A DNA stretch of 64,000 nucleotides from a virus (lineage: Duplodnaviria; Heunggongvirae; Uroviricota; Caudoviricetes): positions 34,232 through 98,231 of the IMG/VR virus record IMGVR_UViG_3300035655_000051. One strand, 5' to 3'. This document shows positions 9,361 to 18,206 of this stretch, piece after piece (position 1 is the first letter of the stretch; each line of letters opens with the position of its first letter). The notes beneath the pieces are model-generated. The model did not search any database and was not told the DNA's origin. It saw nothing but the letters and a program-made list of their open reading frames with translations. Both the position numbers and the translations under genes were made by a program.

Positions 9361-9682
9361 CAACAGCCTCTTTTGCCTCACGAAGCTGTCGCATATTGTC
9401 CCAGATGATAAAATCGAACTCATCGTTTTCTGGAATATTGCAATCATAATCGTCTAAAAACTGCTCCGCAACATCTTCTGCGCAATCCAAAATTTCACTG
9501 TAAGTAACGCCATACTCTTCTTTGAACGCCTTTTCGTCGCAATCGCATGAATTGAACATGTCGTAAATGTGGCCCTTTGCGTCCTCAACTCGATATTTGA
9601 ATTCCTGATATCGATATGCTGCCTCAATTTGATCTTCAGTCATTTCGTATGTAATATCTGCCGTCGTACTTTTTACCTTCAT
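9350..9682 (-). CDS. hypothetical acidic protein (110 aa)
   Basis: Protein-like ORF. Confidence 0.5.
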   Translation of the reverse strand: MKVKSTTADITYEMTEDQIEAAYRYQEFKYRVEDAKGHIYDMFNSCDCDEKAFKEEYGVTYSEILDCAEDVAEQFLDDYDCNIPENDEFDFIIWDNMRQLREAKEAVDVK

Positions 9683-9826
9683 CAGTTAGCCTCCTCTATA
9701 ATTTTGATTCGATAATCATTGTCTTTGATTTTGTCGCGGACAATCATTCCATCTTTATCGAAATCTATAATTGACAGTCCAGCAAGAGCTAGTCCAGACT
9801 GAATCACATCATATAAATCATTAATG

Positions 9827-10027
9827 TCATTCATCATTTTCTCCATCAACTTCGATCGACATCAATTCGTCTTCATAATCGTTCATTTCATTCTCGTTAT
9901 ACATGATTTTTGCGATTCTTTCCGCTTCTTCTTTTGAGTCTGCCTCAATGACAGTCTCATAGTATCTAATTGCAGAAGCATATACCGTATATTTCATGCT
10001 ACACCTTAAATTCCATGCTTTAAACAA
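9827..10027 (-). CDS. hypothetical small protein (66 aa)
   Basis: Short ORF in the gene array. Confidence 0.35.
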   Translation of the reverse strand: MFKAWNLRCSMKYTVYASAIRYYETVIEADSKEEAERIAKIMYNENEMNDYEDELMSIEVDGENDE

Positions 10028-10254
10028 TAGTGTCCATAAGATAATCCTTCCGCGTCGGCCTTTCTTACAATATCCAGAAATGCTTCACGAGTTTTGTCTT
10101 TGGATTCTTTTTCTGCCCGCTTTTTCTGATTACAACGAGCAACCTTTTCTCTATTGACAATTCGTCGACACTCTTTGCAATATTTCATTCCACATTTGGG
10201 CCCATACCACGTAATTCCACATCTTTGACAGCTAAGTTCTCCATATGCAAGCAT
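10006..10254 (-). CDS. zinc-ribbon/zinc-finger small protein
   Basis: CQRCG...CGMKYCKEC...C cysteine pairs. Confidence 0.5.
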   Translation of the reverse strand: MLAYGELSCQRCGITWYGPKCGMKYCKECRRIVNREKVARCNQKKRAEKESKDKTREAFLDIVRKADAEGLSYGHYCLKHGI

Positions 10255-10256
10255 TT

Positions 10257-10820
10257 TTATACTCCTTCAATATGGCTTGCCATCATGTCTGCCGTGTGCG
10301 TCCAGAGCACGTTTGGATATTTTGCAATGGCGTTGCCATAATACTTCCACTCGTTTGTATCGGTCTCATATGCGCCCATGTGCCAGCGGATACAAGCGAT
10401 CTCCTCTTGGGTCAAGGTAACACAACTCGCCAGCATACAAATGGACTTTTCACCGTGATGACTGTAGATCGAATCATTTGTATAAACGTACTGATAATCA
10501 TTTTCTGTGCTAATCAGCTTGTATTGATCCATTTTGCAAACATCGTGTAGCAGGCCAACAATGAACGAAGAGCCGGGATTGTCCCACTTCAAATCAAGTT
10601 TCTCCGTTAACATCATAAGATTTTTTGCAACGGCCAAACTGTGTTCAGCTAAGCCGCCGGGGTAGTTACCGTGATATTTGGTAGAAGCCGGGGCGTCCCA
10701 GAATCCGTATGTATTAAGAAAATCCTTTACGATAATTGCTTTAGCTGGCATGAAATATTTATCAATCAGCTGATATGCTTCATTCTTAATGTTTTCCGCG
10801 TTCATTTTGCTCCACCTCAT
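10257..10820 (-). CDS. HD-domain phosphohydrolase
   Basis: H...HD signature (GGLAEHSLAV ... GLLHDVCK). Confidence 0.7.
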   Translation of the reverse strand: MRWSKMNAENIKNEAYQLIDKYFMPAKAIIVKDFLNTYGFWDAPASTKYHGNYPGGLAEHSLAVAKNLMMLTEKLDLKWDNPGSSFIVGLLHDVCKMDQYKLISTENDYQYVYTNDSIYSHHGEKSICMLASCVTLTQEEIACIRWHMGAYETDTNEWKYYGNAIAKYPNVLWTHTADMMASHIEGV

Positions 10821-11086
10821 TCTTCAATAATGTTTCCATCTTCAAAACGAATAGCAGCGACATAGTTTTCCTGCCCTTGCTGAAAACCAACCGTTTGGAT
10901 ATTTTTAAATGTAGAATTGTATTCGGTGATTGAAATCAGATCATTCCAATCAACTGTTTTTCCGTCTTTAGAGAAAAAGACACCAAGACCCGGATAATCG
11001 TCCGTGGCTCCAGTTGGTAAACATACAAAATATCCGTCAGGAATTGCAATCTTTGGAGTCGTTTCATCAATTACAAACATAATCAA
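10817..11086 (-). CDS. hypothetical protein (89 aa)
   Basis: ATGA-overlapped ORF in the array. Confidence 0.45.
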   Translation of the reverse strand: MIMFVIDETTPKIAIPDGYFVCLPTGATDDYPGLGVFFSKDGKTVDWNDLISITEYNSTFKNIQTVGFQQGQENYVAAIRFEDGNIIEE

Positions 11087-11496
11087 ATCTCCTCAAAACA
11101 GTCACAGTCAGAAACAATCTCGCTCGTAACATCTTTCTCGTATTTTTCAGAATCTCTGCAACAGCAATAATAGTGTTTTAGAAACGGATTTTTATCATCG
11201 ACATCAATCTTGTCATTGGGAAGCGGAAAACTGTATTTATCTCCAAGATAACCACAATCTGCACACTTCGTGACGGTATCTTTTTTAGTCCTGAGTTCAC
11301 CAATAACTCTCTTGGCCCAGTATTCAAAATCTGCCACAACATCATCATCCATTTCATATAGGTAATAGAAGTCGAGTTCACCGTAATTGTCGATACGATA
11401 CATTGCCTTTACAGTTCCGTATTCTGGATTGTGTCCGTCAATATATCCAATTCTATTATATCCATTGTGGGATTCTGTCTGAATAAGAGTCCACAT
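11083..11496 (-). CDS. hypothetical Cys-containing protein (137 aa)
   Basis: Protein-like ORF. Confidence 0.5.
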   Translation of the reverse strand: MWTLIQTESHNGYNRIGYIDGHNPEYGTVKAMYRIDNYGELDFYYLYEMDDDVVADFEYWAKRVIGELRTKKDTVTKCADCGYLGDKYSFPLPNDKIDVDDKNPFLKHYYCCCRDSEKYEKDVTSEIVSDCDCFEEI

Positions 11497-11605
11497 AATT
11501 CAATTCTCCTTTACAATTTTATTCTGGTAGCGGTTATGTCTACCCTAGTACCGCCAATCACCTAGCATTCGGACATTAGCCGAAAATAATAATCTCTTCC
11601 ATTGA

Positions 11606-11794
11606 TTACACCTCAATGTCAATATCAAAAGAAGAAGTTCCGTCTTCATTCTCCCGGTAGTTCATTTCAGCGAGAGAGTCCATACACTCCTTTAACTTCT
11701 TTTGCGTGTTCTCTACATCCGGATGGCTTAGAAGATACCGGAGTCGTTTTGCTCCATCAGCACTCAAAATAATATCTTCATTAACGTAGTGCAT
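11606..11794 (-). CDS. hypothetical small protein (62 aa)
   Basis: Short ORF. Confidence 0.35.
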   Translation of the reverse strand: MHYVNEDIILSADGAKRLRYLLSHPDVENTQKKLKECMDSLAEMNYRENEDGTSSFDIDIEV

Positions 11795-11795
11795 T

Positions 11796-12407
11796 TTATT
11801 CCTCGTTCACGATCTCGATCTGGCACATCTTCATAGCTGCCAGCGCATTCTTGTGGGACTCAGGAGTAACACCAGCGCAGCAGCTTGCATCCACAATGAT
11901 AGGAACCTCAGGTAGTGCTGCCTTAAGCAGAAGCGCGTTCGAAATGACACAGATATCCGTGCAAAGGCCGACCAGAGTGATGGAATTGATCTCAAAATCT
12001 GCCATTTCTCCAATTGTAGAGAAATGAGAGTCGCATAAATCTTCCATTAGCAATGTCGAACCGAAAGTTCTCTTTTCGTAAATTTTTGCTTGTGGATCTT
12101 TCATTTCCGGCAAAAGATCGTGTTCGATTTCATCAACAAATAACCAGCCCCTCGTATGTTCGATACAATGTTTTACAGGAAGATGTTTGCCTTCCTGAGT
12201 TTCGAGGTAGTTGTCATAATGCGTATCCTGCGTATACAGAATTTCACCATTCCAGTTCTTGATCTTCTCCATGACCTTTGGCACAATGGCCTGCGCTTCA
12301 GGAGTACCCAGCGAACCGGTGACAAAATCATTCTGCATATCGACAACGATCAGAATATCAACCTTTGTCTTTTCCATTACCAACTCCTCCTTGATTAGCC
12401 CCACCAA
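11796..12407 (-). CDS. isochorismatase-family cysteine hydrolase, nicotinamidase (PncA)-like
   Basis: LIVVDMQNDF (catalytic Asp region) and VGLCTDICV (catalytic Cys) match isochorismatase/PncA motifs. Confidence 0.7.
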   Translation of the reverse strand: MVGLIKEELVMEKTKVDILIVVDMQNDFVTGSLGTPEAQAIVPKVMEKIKNWNGEILYTQDTHYDNYLETQEGKHLPVKHCIEHTRGWLFVDEIEHDLLPEMKDPQAKIYEKRTFGSTLLMEDLCDSHFSTIGEMADFEINSITLVGLCTDICVISNALLLKAALPEVPIIVDASCCAGVTPESHKNALAAMKMCQIEIVNEE

Positions 12408-13159
12408 TTAAACAAGGTTGGGTCATACATAGGCATCGGCAAATCCTTAAACAAATTTGCCTCGTGCATCCGATCGATCTTGGCAGCAGTTGCAGTGTCT
12501 CCGCCAAACTCGCCAGTGCGAATATATTTGTCGAGGAAATCATAGGTGAAGCCGAAATTATCCTCGTCGGTCTTTCCAGTCAGCCCATCTGCAGGCGCTT
12601 TCTCGATGAACTTTTCAGGAAGACCCAACTCACGACCAACGGCTTTTACCTCAGTAACAGTCAGCTTACTGAGAGGACTGAACTGGCCAAATCCATCTCC
12701 TCCAACAGTTTGCCACCCGACGAAATTTTCTGAAGCGTTACAAGTGTTGGCCACTCGCCCATTCATACTCTGAGACACCATGAACAGAGTCGCCATACGA
12801 ATTCGTGCCGGCAGATTCACACGAGCCTGCTTGGAATCACATAGACCAGCTGCCCGTCCATTGGCCAGCAGCGCATTCACAGTCTCAGCGATATTGATCT
12901 CAAAGGACTTGATACCTAGATGCTTAACCAAATCCCGCGCTACATCGATGTCGTCCTGCACCCCTTGCGGCATCAGAACGCCGATCACTCGACCATTACC
13001 AAGCGCTTCACAGCACAGAGCTGCCACAATGCTGGAATCCTTGCCGCCAGAAATACCAACCACAGCATTGCAGTCAGGACCATTCTTGCGGAAATAATTC
13101 TGAATCCACGTAATGATTTCATCCTTTGTCTTTGCTGCATCAAATTCATACTTGCGCAT
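12395..13159 (-). CDS. nadE: NH3-dependent NAD+ synthetase
   Basis: PP-loop VVGISGGKDS; NLPARIRM and GDG/KLTVTEV stretches as in NadE; about 254 aa. Confidence 0.8.
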   Translation of the reverse strand: MRKYEFDAAKTKDEIITWIQNYFRKNGPDCNAVVGISGGKDSSIVAALCCEALGNGRVIGVLMPQGVQDDIDVARDLVKHLGIKSFEINIAETVNALLANGRAAGLCDSKQARVNLPARIRMATLFMVSQSMNGRVANTCNASENFVGWQTVGGDGFGQFSPLSKLTVTEVKAVGRELGLPEKFIEKAPADGLTGKTDEDNFGFTYDFLDKYIRTGEFGGDTATAAKIDRMHEANLFKDLPMPMYDPTLFNWWG

Positions 13160-13160
13160 A

Positions 13161-13649
13161 TTACTTCTCCTCCAGTTTCCATAGTTCTACGTCGACACCT
13201 TGAAATGTAGTATCGATTATTTTCTTAACTGTATTCCAATCAGCCCCACCACGACAACACCCAATCTTATATGGCATTGCTACTTTGAAGCCCTTGCTTC
13301 TTGCTTTTGTTGCGACAGTAGCGAAAGCGTGTTGTAGTGCAGCAAGATCTGTGTATTGTTTTCCATCATATCCGTAATTGTCTTGTGCAAAACAATTAAC
13401 GATACAACGATCATCAGACACCTTCACGAATTGAGCCGTACCCAAGAGAGTATGGTTGTGGTTCGTAATTGCGTTATAGCATCTTTTCAAATATGCGTAA
13501 TACACTTCTGGATAACGCTCGCGAACTTCTTTGGCAACACCTGACCCCATTACACCCTGACAATTCACCTGATGGCAAATAATGTCGGCATCGGAATCAA
13601 ATACGTTGCCTTCTTTGATTACAACAGCCATTAGAACTTCCCTCCCCAC
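13161..13649 (-). CDS. Macro-domain protein (ADP-ribose binding/processing)
   Basis: ICHQVNCQGVMGSGVAKEV matches the macro-domain VNAAN..L..GGGV motif. Confidence 0.65.
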   Translation of the reverse strand: MGREVLMAVVIKEGNVFDSDADIICHQVNCQGVMGSGVAKEVRERYPEVYYAYLKRCYNAITNHNHTLLGTAQFVKVSDDRCIVNCFAQDNYGYDGKQYTDLAALQHAFATVATKARSKGFKVAMPYKIGCCRGGADWNTVKKIIDTTFQGVDVELWKLEEK

Positions 13650-15109
13650 AGTCGGTCACGAACTTCTTTCAAACTGTACTCCTTGACCATCGCGCCATTA
13701 CGGAATACGGTTTGCAGCATGTTCCCGTCAGAATGAGCGGCGTGATCCATTAGGCCATCAGTACAAACCAGCTTTCCAGAATCATCCTTAGTGACATAAC
13801 ACATACCCTTCAGACTCTTCTTAAAGTGATCAGTGTCGGTCTTGGGGTCCTTGAAGATCTGAATCTCCTTGCCATTGACCACGCCATAAGTTGCCTTGAC
13901 TGCCATACCAAAAGTATCACGGGTGAACGGCTTCAACTGACCATTCTGCTCGATGCACTGCATGGAGAAAGAACCAACGCCGAGACTGACATTGTTGCAG
14001 GCGAAGCCGTGTGCTTTGAGTTCTGCATAAATCTTTTCGCAGCGCTGCACCGTAATGGAATCGCCATACAGAGCCTTTACATGAGGGTCTAGCACCTTAT
14101 AACCCTTACTGTTAACCGTGCCGCCGAAGATGTCCCACAGATGATAGACGGTCTGCGTAACGATTTCGACCGGATCGCCAGAGTCACCACGGATTAGCAG
14201 CGTACCATTATGAGCCATGATTTCATCCTTGAGCTGCGGCAGGATATTATCGACCAGATTCCAATAGTCGTAGGAATCAGATACCATGCTGAAGCTCATA
14301 TTGGGATACAACTCAGTCAGTGCCCGGCGGATGAAAGTGATCTCATCGCCATCGACTGCGAAGTTGGAACACATGACGCTATGCTCGGTACTAACAGCGC
14401 CAAACGCGACCGGCTCCTTAGTGCAATCACAGTGATACATCTCTTCCAGATACGGGACTGCAGGAACAGTGGCCGTATTCAAAAAGCTTAGACACCACCC
14501 AGCGCTGGATTTGACAGCAGACTGCATACACTCCTGACCACGGAAACTGAAATCGCCCAGAGCACGAGCATGAGGCACACCATCCTCGACGGTTTCATCG
14601 TAATACTTGTCCACGATATCACGATACAGAGTACCAACCGTCGCAGAAATCATCGGATGCCACAGCTCAGAACTCATAAATGATTCGAGGAACTGCGGAA
14701 CCCATGCAAAATCAGGATGCGTATTGCTCATCTCAAGGAACGGTACATGAATGGGGCAGCGAGTACCCTCGGGCAGTGCTTTGATCTCGACAGGAAGATA
14801 GCCCAGGTCATGCAGGGCAGCAATCTTATCGATATCATAAGCGTCCTTGCCAATGGTTGCGTCCAGGACACGCTGATAATTTGAGACAACCCACTCCTTT
14901 GGGAAATCAAAAAACCAACGTTTAAAATAATTCTGCAGATAATTCTTGCAGAACGCCTGAACACCAAACACAACGACTTCATCCACGCCATCCAGACGGC
15001 TCATGCGCGGAGTAAAATAACTGACCAGCTTAGTGGTGCCGGCCGGAAACTGCTTACTGTGAGTCGTCTTGTAGAAATCACATAGTAGCATCGGGTTAAT
15101 ATTGATCAT
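13631..15109 (-). CDS. nicotinamide phosphoribosyltransferase family protein (NadV/NAMPT-like; possibly a Namat-type nicotinamide ADP-ribose transferase)
   Basis: 492 aa, N-terminus PMLLCDFYKTTHSKQFP typical of the NAMPT family, directly downstream of a PRPP-synthetase-like gene. Confidence 0.8.
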   Translation of the reverse strand: MININPMLLCDFYKTTHSKQFPAGTTKLVSYFTPRMSRLDGVDEVVVFGVQAFCKNYLQNYFKRWFFDFPKEWVVSNYQRVLDATIGKDAYDIDKIAALHDLGYLPVEIKALPEGTRCPIHVPFLEMSNTHPDFAWVPQFLESFMSSELWHPMISATVGTLYRDIVDKYYDETVEDGVPHARALGDFSFRGQECMQSAVKSSAGWCLSFLNTATVPAVPYLEEMYHCDCTKEPVAFGAVSTEHSVMCSNFAVDGDEITFIRRALTELYPNMSFSMVSDSYDYWNLVDNILPQLKDEIMAHNGTLLIRGDSGDPVEIVTQTVYHLWDIFGGTVNSKGYKVLDPHVKALYGDSITVQRCEKIYAELKAHGFACNNVSLGVGSFSMQCIEQNGQLKPFTRDTFGMAVKATYGVVNGKEIQIFKDPKTDTDHFKKSLKGMCYVTKDDSGKLVCTDGLMDHAAHSDGNMLQTVFRNGAMVKEYSLKEVRDRLWGGKF

Positions 15110-15123
15110 TCTAAATATCTCCT

Positions 15124-15324
15124 TTATTTTACTGGGTCGTCTGGTCTAAAAAATGCGGGGCGCTTCACATTCGGATGCGCTTCATCGACATACGCCTCAT
15201 ACACTGCATTAAATTCAAATCCAAAATTATCTTTGATAAGAGGTATTTTAATATACAGTGTTGCATAATAATCTGACGAATCAAAAAAACGACCACCAAC
15301 CTCAATGTCTTTGAACTTTCTCAT
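15124..15324 (-). CDS. hypothetical small protein (66 aa)
   Basis: Short ORF. Confidence 0.35.
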   Translation of the reverse strand: MRKFKDIEVGGRFFDSSDYYATLYIKIPLIKDNFGFEFNAVYEAYVDEAHPNVKRPAFFRPDDPVK

Positions 15325-15333
15325 TCATGTTCC

Positions 15334-15567
15334 TCAGATATCAAGCTTTAGAAGAAAAACATCCACGATTTTTGAAACAACAGACTCATTACTCTTCCAA
15401 GCGTAAACGTCATCAGCGTTGATATAAGATCCATTTTCTGTGTACCAGCACTGTTTGTTGTGATCATAATGACCTTTTACGATATACTTCCCTGCCAGAT
15501 TCACCTTGAACATCACAACCTGACTGTTCATTGCAGGAAGTGCTTTATCTGTATCAATCCAAAACAT
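15334..15567 (-). CDS. hypothetical small protein (77 aa)
   Basis: Short ORF. Confidence 0.35.
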   Translation of the reverse strand: MFWIDTDKALPAMNSQVVMFKVNLAGKYIVKGHYDHNKQCWYTENGSYINADDVYAWKSNESVVSKIVDVFLLKLDI

Positions 15568-15569
15568 AT

Positions 15570-16397
15570 TTAGTCTTCATCCCACTTGTGTTCCAAAACA
15601 GTGATCTTGTCGTGATGGCCGGTGAAGATACTATCCGTGGTATAGACCATATGAATCAGCTCCGGGTCGTCAAACAGATGGCCGCGTTCCTGATTCAGAA
15701 TACTGTTCTCGCAGTGGCTGACATACATATCGATATCACCCGCACCCAGTTCCTTCAGCTTCTTGGCCGAATAGTACATAGTGCCGCCGTAAGAGCAGAT
15801 ATCATCGATCATCAGAACTTTGCCACCCTTGGGAGGATAACCGGTGACATCCAAGCCGAGAATCTTTCCGGTCTTCCAGTCACGCTTCTTGTCTCCGTGA
15901 ATGATATAAGCCTTACAACCCACACGATCGAGTGCCCAGTGAACAGTTTCCTCGTATCGTTTCATTGCGCCGGCATCCGGGAAGTAGATTACATCAGGCT
16001 TACTTTCTTCGATTGCCTGACAAATCTCACGAATCGGAGTGTGTACTTCACAACGATCGATCAGAGCCGGAGCCACATCGCTGTGAGGATCAAATACAAC
16101 AACGCGGTTAAATCCGCACCGATTGATCTCATCGGCAAACCACTTGAGAGTAAACACATCCTCATCGTGATAAGCGCGATCCATACGGGCGTTCGGAATA
16201 TACGGCATAAACAGCTCGACTTCTGCCCCGTTATCCTTTGCGTCCTTTGCGATCATAATGACTGTGGGGAGCTCTGCCATGGATTCAAACGTCCAGACGA
16301 TATTGATCGCATTGAGATAATTGATAGCTTTATCCTTCTTAATCAGCGGAGTGCCATCAGGGAAAGAACTGATTTCATAATAATTTGCTTTGACCAT
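15570..16397 (-). CDS. ribose-phosphate pyrophosphokinase (PRPP synthetase) family protein; possibly Adps-type ADP-ribose pyrophosphokinase
   Basis: 275 aa; PRTase-type PRPP-binding loop VLMIDDICSYGGTM; overall Prs-like layout. Confidence 0.75.
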   Translation of the reverse strand: MVKANYYEISSFPDGTPLIKKDKAINYLNAINIVWTFESMAELPTVIMIAKDAKDNGAEVELFMPYIPNARMDRAYHDEDVFTLKWFADEINRCGFNRVVVFDPHSDVAPALIDRCEVHTPIREICQAIEESKPDVIYFPDAGAMKRYEETVHWALDRVGCKAYIIHGDKKRDWKTGKILGLDVTGYPPKGGKVLMIDDICSYGGTMYYSAKKLKELGAGDIDMYVSHCENSILNQERGHLFDDPELIHMVYTTDSIFTGHHDKITVLEHKWDED

Positions 16398-16408
16398 ATT
16401 GAGCCTCC

Positions 16409-17512
16409 TTAGACCATGTAGTGAATGTCTCTTTCACGAGCACGAGAAATGATGACCTTTGCCACGCCATTATCCTTTTCAAAGGCTTCATAGCGATCTT
16501 TTTCATCCTCTACGTTCTTGGAATACGGATTGACCACATCAACCTTCTTGCCATCAATGAACTGCTCGCCGTTGGCGGGGTTATACTGGATATCCTCGGT
16601 GTTGATGTAGCAATCAGGCCAGAAGCCATCCTTCAGCTTGATCTCAAAATAGATACGCTGTGCACCATTGAACATATCAAAACGCTTGGTGCAGGATGTA
16701 CGGTAACCATCCTTGAATAGAACAGTGATCTTGTAACTGGTCTCGTTCATATTGATGATATTCAGATCCTTGATGGCCTCTGCGAATGGAGTGCCCAGAT
16801 TCAATTCAAAGGCAATAGACCGCAGGCAGTCGTAGTTCAGATCGATCTTGCCAGAAAAATCGACCACAGCTGGGATCTGATCGTAATACTTTTCTTCGAG
16901 CTTATCTTTGAGATAGGTTTCGACCTCGTCAGCGCCCGGGTAATCGAAGCGGAAGTGATAATGGAAGCGGCCGGGACGGTTGACCAGATAATCGTTCAGG
17001 CCATTGAGCTGGTTACAAGTGACAACGAAAAGCTTTTTGCCCGCGCTGGTGCCATCAAACAGACTCAGCATTGTATCCTGCGGATTTTCATTGTCCCGGG
17101 ACTTGAAGGTCTTATCAAACTCGTCAAACAGGATCATAACTTCCTGATTGATGGATTCGATAAAATTGGCGATACCGCCGATATAGCGGTTAGCCAGAAT
17201 TACAGGATAGCCCCGCTTAATGGCCTCGATTGCAATCATCTTAGCGGTCAGAGATTTGCCGATGCCTTTATTGCCGCTGAGAATGACACCCAAGTTGCGG
17301 TTGAACGCTTTGAACGAATTCAACACTTTAGCAACCTTGCCACTCTGGACACCATACACCTTTTCGTTGATGACCATATCAGGGCGGCGGGACAGATAGA
17401 AACCGGTCATCTCAGAACAGTGGATATCATAGGTACCCGCCGGGATCTTGTCATACGCCTTCATATCGTCGCCATACAGGAACAGATTGCTTGCGCTTTC
17501 AACAACTTTCAT
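16409..17512 (-). CDS. AAA+ ATPase
   Basis: Walker A GNKGIGKS, Walker B ILFDEFD, second region of homology NRPGRFHYHF. Confidence 0.7.
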   Translation of the reverse strand: MKVVESASNLFLYGDDMKAYDKIPAGTYDIHCSEMTGFYLSRRPDMVINEKVYGVQSGKVAKVLNSFKAFNRNLGVILSGNKGIGKSLTAKMIAIEAIKRGYPVILANRYIGGIANFIESINQEVMILFDEFDKTFKSRDNENPQDTMLSLFDGTSAGKKLFVVTCNQLNGLNDYLVNRPGRFHYHFRFDYPGADEVETYLKDKLEEKYYDQIPAVVDFSGKIDLNYDCLRSIAFELNLGTPFAEAIKDLNIINMNETSYKITVLFKDGYRTSCTKRFDMFNGAQRIYFEIKLKDGFWPDCYINTEDIQYNPANGEQFIDGKKVDVVNPYSKNVEDEKDRYEAFEKDNGVAKVIISRARERDIHYMV

Positions 17513-17529
17513 TTTTGATACTTCCCTTC

Positions 17530-17913
17530 TCAGTTCAGCTCTTCCAGCTTCTTCATCAACTGCTCGACATCCATATCTTCCAGTTCCTTGTCCTTCTTCT
17601 TTGCCACGATCTTCATAATCTTATCGCGCTGCGCCTTCTTCTCGGCAGCATTCACACGTGCCTCGGACTCAGCCAACTTGACAGATACGATATACTTGAC
17701 CAGCTCGATCTTGTTTGCCAGCTCAGTATCTTCGGCGCTCTTAACAGCCAGCAAAGAGTCCTCGTCTGCGGTCTTCTTCTGACGATTCAGAGTCTTAAAG
17801 ATTGCATCCAGAGCCTCAACATTCAGGTCCCACAGATCCTCAACAGTCATGACGCCCTTGTAGGTAAAACGGTAACGATTACGAGTTGCGATTTCAAACA
17901 GATTCTTTTCCAT
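17530..17913 (-). CDS. coiled-coil protein
   Basis: Start moved to the ATG after RBS GAAAGGGGA (MEKNLFEI...). K/E-rich heptad-like sequence. Confidence 0.5.
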   Translation of the reverse strand: MEKNLFEIATRNRYRFTYKGVMTVEDLWDLNVEALDAIFKTLNRQKKTADEDSLLAVKSAEDTELANKIELVKYIVSVKLAESEARVNAAEKKAQRDKIMKIVAKKKDKELEDMDVEQLMKKLEELN

Positions 17914-17933
17914 AATAATTTCCCCTTTCAAAA

Positions 17934-18206
17934 TTACAGTAACGACCGACAAACAAGACATTTTGCCGTGCCAACAAACATATCATCAGTCCAATGTTTA
18001 CTATGGTTGTCTTCTTCGATTCGGTAGTATTCTCCAACTTCAGCAATCGTCACAATTTTTCCAGCAAGTTTCATTCTTTCTTCTAATGACCACTTGACTG
18101 TTATAGTATATCCGGGATTGTTATTCCGATCTCGCATATGATACTCTTCGTATTGCACAAAATTATCGATTAAACACACCTTATCCCCAACTTTGTAACG
18201 AGCCAT
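17934..18206 (-). CDS. CKSLL-tail family member 1 (ends ...CLVCRSLL)
   Basis: YKVGDKV... N-terminal module shared with 20559, 20826, 21127, 22233 and 28934; conserved C-terminal tail. Confidence 0.65.
   Translation of the reverse strand: MARYKVGDKVCLIDNFVQYEEYHMRDRNNNPGYTITVKWSLEERMKLAGKIVTIAEVGEYYRIEEDNHSKHWTDDMFVGTAKCLVCRSLL

Noticed and set aside
15531-16412. Long plus-strand ORFs antisense to genes called here (15531..16412, 18443..19141, 24961..25965, 47352..48335, 48074..48964, 31502..32329, 16955..17518 and others)
   Set aside because: Each lies opposite a longer minus-strand ORF that has recognisable enzyme motifs or good protein-like composition. The antisense frames are low-complexity and lack RBSs; they are shadow ORFs.
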